Of a stretch of 64,000 bases of DNA, positions 54,881-64,000 are shown piece after piece. The notes beneath the pieces were generated by a model. The model made no database searches, was not told where the DNA came from, and saw nothing but the letters and a program-made list of their open reading frames with translations. The position numbers and the translations under genes are program-made. Positions within the stretch are counted from its first letter, which is position 1. Each line of letters opens with the position of its first letter. The stretch is from Vicugna vicugna. Taxonomy: Eukaryota. The stretch lies in NCBI GenBank assembly GCA_013265495.1, contig MU061017.1, positions 7,712,180 through 7,776,179 on the forward strand, in the 5' to 3' direction.

Positions 54881-56219
54881 TGCCCCCTTAGCAGGTGTGG
54901 AGCAAGGCACAGCGGAGGCTGTAGAACCCCCATTCAGCCGTGGCCTTTTTAATTCAAGTTGAGAATTTCCTGCACTCCATGTACATTTTTCTTTCTAAAA
55001 CTCTTCATTGGCTCCTTCTGCTTCCACCATGATGGAGGTAACGGCATTTTGCAGTAGGATTAACTGAGGATCAGAAAGATTTTGAGGCTTTTCCAAAGAG
55101 ACATCTTGATTCCGACGGGGAGTCAGACTCCCAGCTGCGGCTGTTCTGAAAGGGAACTGGCATCTCCGTCTCTGGGCAGCACAAGCAGGCTTCCCCGGAC
55201 GCGGCTTCCTTCATTTGCATGCGCACAAAGTGTCTCCAGGTTTTCAAGGAATCTCTTGCAAGCCTGTGTACTGTTCTGTCTATAAAGAAGGGGCAAAGAA
55301 CAGTCTGTGCTGAAGCCTTTGGAGCACTGAGTGAATCCAAATGAGATTTGCTCGGTAATTATGTTTTCCTTAACGAAGTTTAAAGGAGGCGGTAACTAAC
55401 AGGGCTTTATTCAGACACCAGCCATTACTCATCAGTAAATGGTGCTTCAACGGCAGAATCATAAACAAAAGATTTTGAAGGGTTTGAATTCCAAAGGCCG
55501 CTGTGAGCCGGAGAGGGAGGAGGGAACTACTGAGGCCGGGGTTTGTGCATCGAATTCTGATAACTGGCCTTCCCTCCTCTGTCTGGGTGGCTAAGGCTCC
55601 AGTGGGAACAGGCTTCAGTTACTATCAACTCTTCTTAAAGGGGCTTCCCTGGGGGGCTGGGGCTCCGCCCTCAGCCTGGGAAGACCCTTTGGAGGTCTGG
55701 GGTGCAAAGTGTCTTCCTGTACCCCTTACGGGTGCTTAGACAGAGAGACATCAGGAAGGACGGCGCCTTAGGTGTGCAGTGAATGGGGCAGCAGAGTAAG
55801 AAGGGGGAAAAAGCCCGTGGGAACCCCTCTGCTGCTGGTCGTTAGAAAGAGGGTCTTGTCAAAGTCGGGATGGTTTGCAGCCAGATGGCCTTGAATTCTG
55901 ATTTGTCACGGAGTTGTATGGCCCAGAGTCAACACCTTCTGAATTCCTGACCCGCCTGCAGTGGGCACCTCCCTCCAGTGTCCACTCTCAGTGATTCCCA
56001 CCTACCTCTCTGCCGGGCCACATTCCCAGCCCCTGTCCTTGCACCGACGCTGGGCAAGAGGGCACAGCTAATGCGTCTCCCCATGAGAAGTTTCCCAGTT
56101 CTCAGCACAGCTAGGGTATAAGGAGTATGGCCAGGACCTAGAAGCCCGCCGTTAACCAGCAGTTCACCTGCTCCGTGGCCCGAGGCAAGTTGCTGAATCA
56201 AAGAGGGTCCGGACCAAAG

Positions 56220-56330
56220 AGTGGGAAACTGAGGAGAGCAGTTACTTGTCCCGGGTCATACAGATGTACCCAAGTGGTAAATCTCGGGCTTTGGAAATAG
56301 ACCTTCAAGCTAAGTGTTGGTTTTTCCCAC
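56220..56330 (-). mobile_element. MIR SINE fragment
   Basis: gggaaactgaggagagcagttacttgtcccgggtcatacag. Confidence 0.7.
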
Positions 56331-56477
56331 AGAAAGTCCTGAATAAAGTTTTTGCTTATTTCCAGAACTGGGTCAGTAAGTCTCGCCCAGCTTTCCTCAC
56401 AAGGAACAGGACATCTGTAAGTGCTTTATACACCGTGATGCTGTGTGCCAGTGGTTCTCAGTGGGAGACACCTGTTC

Positions 56478-57305
56478 TTTAAAATACTTGAAAAATTTGA
56501 GGTGTAATAACATAGAGTAAAATGCACTTTTTATAGTGTACAATTCTGTGAGTTTTGACAAACACATACGAGCATGTAACCACCACCTCCGTCAGGACAT
56601 AGGACAGTTGAATGGCCCCCTGAAAACTCCCTTGTGTCATTTTGTGGCTAGCCCCCCTCCCTCCCCCAGCTCCTGGCAAACACTGATCTGTTTTCTCGCC
56701 CTATTTTTGCCTTTTCCAGGGGATCGTGTAGGTGGAATGGTACCATGCCCCAGACTGAGTGTGTTACCTCCAGAGTTCTTTGTTGAAATCTGATCTTCCA
56801 TGTGAGGATGGTGTTTGGAGNNNNNNNNNNNNNNNNNNNNNNNNNNNNNNNNNNNNNNNNNNNNNNNNNNNNNNNNNNNNNNNNNNNNNNNNNNNNNNNN
56901 NNNNNNNNNNNNNNNNNNNNNNNNNNNNNNNNNNNNNNNNNNNNNNNNNNNNNNNNNNNNNNNNNNNNNNNNNNNNNNNNNNCGCCGAATCTGCTGGTTC
57001 CTTGATCTTGGATTTCTCAGTCTCCAGGAGCAAGGAACAAGTTTCTGTTGTTTAAAAGCTACCTAGCCGGTAGCGTTCCAAGACGTGCAGTGTGTAGCCA
57101 CGTCAGACTGGCTTTTTCCACTCAGTAGAGTGCATCTGAGAGTCATCCAGATTGTTGCCAGAGTCAGAAGTGTGTTCCATTTTATTACTAAGTAGTTTTC
57201 CATTGTGTGGCTGGGCCACAGTGTATCTACTCCTTCAGCAGCTGAATGATGTTTGGGTTGTTTCCAGTTTTGGGAGACCACGAGCAAGGCTGCTATTTTG
57301 CGATA
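56478..57305 (-). mobile_element. Old L1M 3' UTR (56478-56745 and about 57085-57305), split by MLT1
   Basis: gtgtacaattctgtgagttttgacaaacac...ctggcaaacactgatctgttttc; resumes gtgtagccacgtcagactggctttttccactcag...gggttgtttccagttttggg. Confidence 0.85.
56746..57085 (+). mobile_element. MLT1A/MST-like LTR (contains a 162-N gap at 56821-56982)
   Basis: ttctttgttgaaatctgatc...; gccgaatctgctggttccttgatcttggatttctcagtctccag...aagtttctgttgtttaaaagctacc. Confidence 0.8.
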
Positions 57306-58199
57306 CCTTAAACCGAGGGGGCATTTGTAAATGTGTTAGGTCAGCTCTGGTTTTCACAACGGTTGAGCGGTGAGCACTACTGGTGTTTACTAGGCAGGTG
57401 CTCTTCAAGGCTCTGGAGAATCCAACACAATGAAGACATAGAAGGACTTTTAGTAATTCTACTGAACGTTTATGTAAGGCATACACTTACATATTCTGCA
57501 TTTACAGATACATTGTATGTATTTGTAAACACAGGTTATTTTTATAAAGATTTAGTATGCATTGAATTTTCCCATGAATACAACTACCAAGCAAATCGTG
57601 AAGACTCTACCTTGTTTTGTTCTGAATTTTCCCAAAAGTTGTTCAACATTTTGGAAAATCACATCACCCTCATCACTCTTGCCAACTCAACTTGTGGTGG
57701 TTGAGTTGCCAACACAACACTCTTGTATTAGTTTGACTTTATAGTTGCTGTGTTCATGGTGGTGTTACATAAAGGCGCAAACATCTGACTACTTCCCTCT
57801 GTCTTCTGGTTTAGTCATGCCCAAGCATTTGCATATGAAACACTTATTATTTTATTATAGATTACTTTCTTTTTATTACTCCTTTGTATTATAATTAGGG
57901 AATGAGGTGGATCTTTAAATAAACAATTAGATATGTAGTTAGAGATGAATTTTCATTTTGGAATAGAAAAGGAGTATTATAAAATATCGGTTACAGAAAG
58001 GGAGGATTGACCATAAGAGAGCTGAGACCCACTCCTCTTATAACAGTTCCGTGGTCAGGACACTTAGCCCAGCACTGTAGACAGAGCCATGTCCTGAGAG
58101 AAGGGTATAGATTGGCACCTGGTAATTTTAGGAAAATGTTCATGTTCTGGAGCTTGCTGTGGCAGGGCTTGGTTTTTGTAACTATATCCAGAGGTATCT

Positions 58200-59000
58200 G
58201 GAAAAATAATTAGCTGATAAACATTTATTGAGCACCCGTGGTACCACTGTCCACAAGGAGAATTCTAGTGGCGGTGGCGGTGGTAGGAATGTATATACAC
58301 AGACAATATTTATATATACAAATAAATGAAAAAGATACTTGCAGGCACTGGTAAGTGCTAAGAAGAAGGTAAAATAGTGAACAGCTTTACTTTGGGTATT
58401 AAGTAAGGGCTCTCTGAGTTCAGCCCTGAAGATGAGAAGGGGCATTGTTGCTAAGATCCAGTGGGAAAGTATTCCAACCACAGGGGAAGCAGGGTAAAGC
58501 CCCTGAGATAGCAGCATATGGGGATGCCTTGGGGGCAAAAAGAAGACCAGGGGTCTGGAATACAGAGAATAAAGTGAAACTAGGGGAGAGAGAGTCAAAG
58601 AAGACAGATTTCTCCAAATGGTGCAGGTCTTAGAAGCCGTAGTTAGGGGTGGGCATGTCACTGTTTGCAGTGGGAAGCCCTTGCGTTTCCTTACACGCAG
58701 GAATGATGTAATCTGAGTTATGCTTTAGAAAGACCACTCTGGCTGCCCTGAGGGAGAGTGGAGGCAGAGAGACCAGGGGGCTGGTGCAGAAGTCCAGAAG
58801 AGAGGTGGCGGAGGCCTAGATCAGGGGTAAAGCACAGCAGTGGTAGCTAGCAACTGAATCAGAAATGTGTTTTGGAGGAAGTATGGCCAGGGCCTACGGA
58901 CGTGGTTAATTTTGGGGTGTGAGGGAAAGAGACTGACTCCTAGGTTTTGGGCCTGAGCAACTGGGAGGGAAGTGGTACCATTTATTGATTACCCATGGGC
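58200..59000 (-). mobile_element. L2 relic with 3' end
   Basis: aaacatttattgagcacc ... tttagaaagaccactctggctg ... gactcctaggttttgggcctgagcaactggg. Confidence 0.85.
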
Positions 59001-62000
59001 TTCAGTCAACGCGGGGACTGGGGACTTCAGTCGAAGCTGTCGGAGTGTTGAGGGCGAGACCCAGCCCAGTGGGTGGGTTAAGGTGAGAATGGAGAGTGGG
59101 ATGGAGATGGAGTAAAGACAGTGGTTCCAGGGGGGTCTTGAGTGATAACCAGAAAACCTTAAAGAGGGGTGCTGAGGGACGGGTCCGGAAAACCTTGAGC
59201 CATCTTCATGCCAGGCCGGAAGGGAACCCTCCCCAGTCCTCTTGGCACCAGCAGTCTGCTCTGAAGATGAGCAGCTCGGCCTGTTCTGGTGAAATCCATC
59301 CCCCTCCCCCTCGCCCCGGCCCACACCCTGCTCTGGCCAGCGCCGGATGCTAAGGAGACCAGGCAGCTGGTAGCTGGCTGCTGTTTCGCATGCGGGGCAA
59401 GCAGGACCTGAACGGTGGGAGGCACTGCGCTTGTGGGCGACAACAGCCAACTGCAGAGAGGACGCTAGTCAGACCAAAGCATCATCAGCCAGGATTGCTC
59501 ATCTCTGCCGCCCCTTGCTTTGGCAAAGCTGAGAGAACTAATTCTCCCCGCATCCTGTTCACACCTTCCCCCCAGCGCTCTGCCACAGCCAGGCCTTTCT
59601 CATCTCGGTGACACAGGAGGGCCGGACGTGGCTCAGGCCCGGGCTGTCAGAAACACAGCCCGCAGGGAGCCAGCTCAGACGCGTTGACATTGAGGAGCAG
59701 GGGAGCCCTTTGTTCATTCAAAAGATCAGAGCCAGAAAGTTGGAGCAGAAAAGCTTCAGAGCAGGCTCTGGGTGCCCTCCTCAGAGCAGCCTGGCCATTT
59801 GAGAGGAGCTTTGGAGCGCTCCATCTACACCTGCCTGTCCTCCACCCCCACCCCTGTTCGTTTACTGAGGCTGTAAGACCCCGCCCTGTAGCCACCCACC
59901 TTGCTCAGGTGCAGAGGCGGCGCAGCAGGACGGCAGACTGGTGAAGGGCCAGACTTGGGCATCCTCCCCTACGTGGAGGTAGTGAGAGTGCCCTCGTGGA
60001 GTTTCTATGAGAATGAAATGGGTGCGTGCGCTCAGAGTGCTCAGAGCTGGGCTTGCCACACAGGTGGGGCCACTTTTAGCTGATCTGGTCCCTTTGGCTT
60101 CCTGTAGGTGTGTTTGCTTTCCTGTCTTCTCTGTCAGCGGTTTAAGATATTCCTGCCAGACCGAGCCTGGGCCGCCTCCCCGTCTTGTTCCACGTACTGC
60201 AAATCTGCACATGGGGGACCGTCGCTGCCCAGGGGGCTGTGAGATGCAAGGGACCCCAGGGATGATTTTGTAGATGAGAAAACTGAGGTCCACAGGGGAC
60301 AAATCCTTTTCTACTGCTTCTAGAGTTTCTCTCCCATTCAGTTTTTCTCTGAGACAAAGTGTTAAGTCATCTCGTACATATATGTTGGAACCAAAATTCC
60401 ACATTGCTTTGTGGGGCATTTTGGAGGATGAAACAGACGGTGGATCTCTCTCTGTTAATATCCCTCCTGTCCCCAGGTAACAATGCTTAGCATCAGTTAT
60501 GCATATACGGTTCTTTTCTAGCATTTGTGATGCATTTACACTGCACTGGCCCAGTCACCTGCCAGTCTAATATCTGAGGGGCAGGCCTAAATGAAAGGTG
60601 TCTTTCGTAGCTATAAACACAGTCACATTAACAGGATCACACATGGACCAGCCCCAGGACCCGTGTCGTAGGGCTGCGCTTCCGCCAGCTGACCTCACAC
60701 GTGCCCCAGCCTTGTCCACCAGGACAGCCCATCTGGTGGCCAAAGCCTGCAGTTGGTAAATTACAGATGGCTGGTTTACATGACATGGGACAGCTTGGGA
60801 TTTGGGCTTCGTGGACCATTGGCTGAACTTGTGTAGATCCAACCCAATATCTGGCATCATGTAGGTGTAGCTTGTACTTTCCTGCCCTTTCTGAGCCTAC
60901 ACGTACCCTCAGGGAATTTTAATAAAATGCCTGAGCCTGGCTAGACTCTAAAACCTACAATCTCTTTTACCTGAGCATAGCAGTGGATTGTAGTTAGGCC
61001 ACTGGGAAAGTCATATGTGGTCCATGAAGCTGCTTTTGATTTGAAGCACGGACTCACCATGGCAGTGGCTCTGAGACCTTGCCTCCCTGCAACACACACG
61101 AGTGGCTGAGCCTCCGGCTGAAGTGAGGGTAGGGACTGGAGCATCCCCTCAGGGACGTCCTGACCCCACATCACCCACAGCTGCCCCGTGGTGGCCCTTG
61201 TCTCTGCTGGGACTCTGAGCATCTTAGCCTACCCAGAACTTGACCCATGCAAGTCCCAGCAGGGAGAGGGCAGGTGACCTGCCAGAGAAGCAGTCCAATA
61301 TTGCCTGGTGACCTGGGATCACCACAGCCATCTTTGGGATCTTCCTGGGATCCTGGCCTCCCTGGATGGGTCCAGAGAGGACCATTCTCAGCCACTGTGT
61401 CCCTCTGGAGCTGGGTGACTGATGAAGGATGAGTTTCCCTCCTGCCGAGCAGTCAGTCCCCTTCCTCGTGAGGACCTCAGTGTATCTGTAAAGTGCAGTG
61501 CCCACCCCCCACCGCCCTTTTGGTCATGTGTTCTGCCAAATGCTTTGATTATGGACAGTCATGTCACCCTCACCTTTCCATGGAGACGGCACCTTCCATT
61601 GGTTTTATGTGAACTCGAAGTCCAGGACTGCCCTGAGGTGCCCAACCCTGTCCCATCCCCTATTTCTAGGACCCAGGAACCTAACTGTCTTGGGGAGATG
61701 GGGCCTTGAGACCACAGGTTGTGTGTGACGCACATGCCCAGACACAGTCCCTGGGGCAGGTCTCTGGCAAGTGCTCCAGAGCCCCACTGCCCTGCCTGGT
61801 ACACTTACCAGCAGTGAGCCTGTACCAGATGCAGGGGATCATTCAGAGCATCCGCATGTGTTAACTTATCTTCCTCTTACAGCTGAAGCATTGGGAGATT
61901 TAGAGAAGATGGGGAACTGGCCCCAGGTTCCACAGCTAAAACCAGCTGTGGACTCTTAGCCGTGGTGCCACCCTGCCTTTCTGCAAAGAATCACTGTGCA

Positions 62001-62174
62001 GATTTCCCTTCTAGGGGAACCTTCTGTTCCTGTGAATGCCATAGAGGGGGCCTTAACCTTTCAGGCCAGATAGAAAACTCCTGCTCCCATGGAACAGTGT
62101 ACATGCCTGTGCTCACACATGCACGCGAGTACACATGAATACACGTGCACACACATGTCAACAGGCAGTCATTG

Positions 62175-62450
62175 CCTTGCTCTTCATTCATTTATTCATT
62201 GGTTCATTCAGACAGTCAGAACCCTTCGAGCCCCCCCAGCACTGTGGTGGATACTGGGACTTGAGAGAGGAGTAAGAAGCAGCCCCTGCCCTGGGGGAGT
62301 CTGCAGGATCAGAGGCGGTAGATCTGTAAATGTGCCACAGCCCAAGGGCAGGTGCAGCCGTAGAAGTGTGTGTGAACCACTGTGGCGCACAGAGGAGCAA
62401 GTCTGATCTGGAAACCTGTAGATGGGATCTCATCTCAGGACTCAAGGAGA
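62175..62450 (-). mobile_element. L2 3' end
   Basis: ttcattcatttattcattggttcattc ... agcccctgccctgggggagtctgc. Confidence 0.7.
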
Positions 62451-62584
62451 GGTCGGGAATAATAAAATCTAGGAATTAGCATAAGGAAAGCCTGGGCTGT
62501 AATCCGAGCTCCGCCAGTTCCTGTTGCAAAGATGCTGTGTCAGCGATCCCAGCACGAAGGGCAGCCCAGGTGAGGTCTCAATCA

Positions 62585-62700
62585 TATGATTGCCTAGCCC
62601 TGTGACCTTGAACGAGACAGCCAACCTTGAGCCTCAGTTGTCCCATTTACAAAACGGAGCAATCGGATCTGCCCTGACTGCCCTTAAAGCCTGTGGCAAG
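62585..62700 (+). mobile_element. MIR SINE fragment
   Basis: ctgtgaccttgaacgag ... gagcctcagttgtcccatttacaaaacgg. Confidence 0.75.
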
Positions 62701-64000
62701 GACGAAACAACTGTGGATGAAAGTTCTTTAGCTGTGGTCTTCTCTCTGCACCGTGTGACTCGGTCCAGGGAGGCCAGCACAGGGGGTGTGCGAGGGGCAG
62801 CCCAGACCTCGGGTTACAGCGCAGAATGACAGGCTTGGTCCTTTAAGGAGCTCAGCAAGACTGAGAGAGACAGTGACAGGGACCGCATCGGGTCTGATAC
62901 TCCCTGCTCCCCGATCTTTTCCCGTGAAATGACTGTAAAGCACTTTGCCGTGACAGAGCCTTTTATAAATACTTCCTAATAACAACAACCTACACAATTT
63001 CCAGGGGGACTGGGGCCGGCAGGGGTGTTAATGAGGTGGTGGGGTGCCTGTTGCAGCGGGGGTCCACCCAGCTCCGTGGAGATGGGAACGTGCCGGAAGC
63101 CGTGTGGGGCTCGGGCCTCCTCCTTCCCCCGGCTGGATGCGGGCACAGCTGGACCCATGACACCACCATCCCCGACTCAGTTCAGTCGGTTTAGCTTTTT
63201 TGTTGCTGATGAATTTCACTTGGGGGTTTTAATTACTGCTCCACAGTCAGGAAAATAATGCTGAAAGGCATGTTCCCTGGCTGGAAGAGGGAGAGCGGGG
63301 TGGAAAACAAAGATGAGTGTAACATTAGCCACATTTACCCTGTGCCCGGACCTGGGCAGAGCAGGCGGCAGCGTCATCGCAGCAACTGGCTAACCCACGG
63401 AGGATGAAGGTCTTTTCTCTGGGAAAGAGTTGATGAGAGAGGAGGAGGAGAGACGGGTGGAGGGAGTGGGGCAGTGCAGGGTAGGAGAGATGGCGTTTGT
63501 ATAAAAGACTCCAAGGAGATTTATGTGGACGTGAGAGCTGGAAAAGGCAACTGTTCTAAGTGGAATATTAGTGGAATCCATTTTCCTGCCACCTCCTGTA
63601 GGAACCACTTTGGAAGTGCAGGGGGAAAAAAAAATCACTTTGCAATAATAACTGTTATTTATGTAAGAGAAGAGCATTGGATATATCAAAATGTAAGGTT
63701 TCGAGGTAATAACTGGACCCTCAGAATCATCATTATCCTTTTAAAAGGCAATCCCTGGGCTAGGAAATTGATAGAAAAAAATAGCCCAATCCTACCATGG
63801 TGGTAAATAAATTTGTGTTTCAGTTTTTTATTTGATTTCATTCTGAATCTGATGAGACTTGGTGACTAAAGGGAATTGAGTAGGGATGTAAATGGGTGTG
63901 ACCTTCCCCAGAGAATGTTTGTTGATGTCCAGATAGGTCGGTTGGGGTGGGGGGAAGCCTCGAGCTTCCTTCCTCGTTACAGCTGCAGGGAAACAGTGTA

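Larger units (their letters stand above)
56449..58034 (+). mobile_element. MER20B-like hAT element (56449-56477 and about 57312-58034), interrupted by an L1
   Basis: Start cagtggttctca...gacacctgttc; resumes gagggggcatttgtaaatgtg; body aacatctgactacttcc...gtcatgcccaagcattt; end gctgagacccact. Confidence 0.8.
741..64000 (+). other. GRIK4: GRIK4 intron following the first coding exon (continues beyond the window)
   Basis: Begins GTAAGC; no further GluK4 peptide in any ORF; repeat-rich throughout. Confidence 0.88.

Noticed and set aside
57683-57708. 9-bp hairpin caactcaac/gttgagttg
   Set aside because: Too short for a pre-miRNA and lies inside MER20B.
59862-60524. 220-aa minus-strand ORF, the longest gap-free ORF in the window
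   Set aside because: No homology recognised; includes an in-frame MIR core (DLSFLIYKI-type), typical of chance ORFs.
741-64000. Further GRIK4 exons, CRISPR arrays, rRNA/snRNA genes, operon-like systems or intact retroviral genes
   Set aside because: No downstream GluK4 peptide, regularly spaced repeat-spacer array, structured RNA gene or gag/pol/env frame was seen; the LTRs are solo copies.

Overview
Mammalian genomic DNA, most likely from a camelid. The clue is a tRNA-Ala-derived SINE of the camelid vic-1 type plus a young camelid-like L1 piece; I saw no Alu, B1, Bov-tA/A2, PRE-1 or Can-SINE copies. The only protein-coding sequence I can support is the first coding exon of GRIK4 (kainate receptor subunit GluK4/KA1): exon 609-740, CDS 659-740, [27 protein letters not shown] plus a phase-1 G, with canonical splice sites inside a CpG island. 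Positions 741-64000 are the 5' part of the very long following intron. The next exon (AAILDDPMECSRGERL...) is not in the window. The intron is a mosaic of old transposons (MIR, L2, L3/CR1, L1M, MLT1, MER21, MER76/77-like, MER5, MER20B, MER58, a near full-length Tigger1), low-complexity tracts, nine N-gaps and unique islands rich in transcription-factor motifs. I found no novel multi-gene system, CRISPR array or functional RNA gene, and the long ORFs in the track look like chance or repeat-derived frames. Best leads: four upstream AUGs in the 50 nt before the GRIK4 start codon; two exact NRF2/MAF (ARE) 11-mers; MEF2/TATA clusters; a candidate 15/35-nt neural microexon; candidate recursive splice sites; a 5'-inverted (twin-primed) old L1; an L1 fragment truncated at both ends; and a CR1 relic that keeps its RT frame for about 99 codons. 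Repeat family names and orthologue comparisons come from my memory of consensus sequences, and repeat boundaries are approximate until RepeatMasker/Dfam is run.
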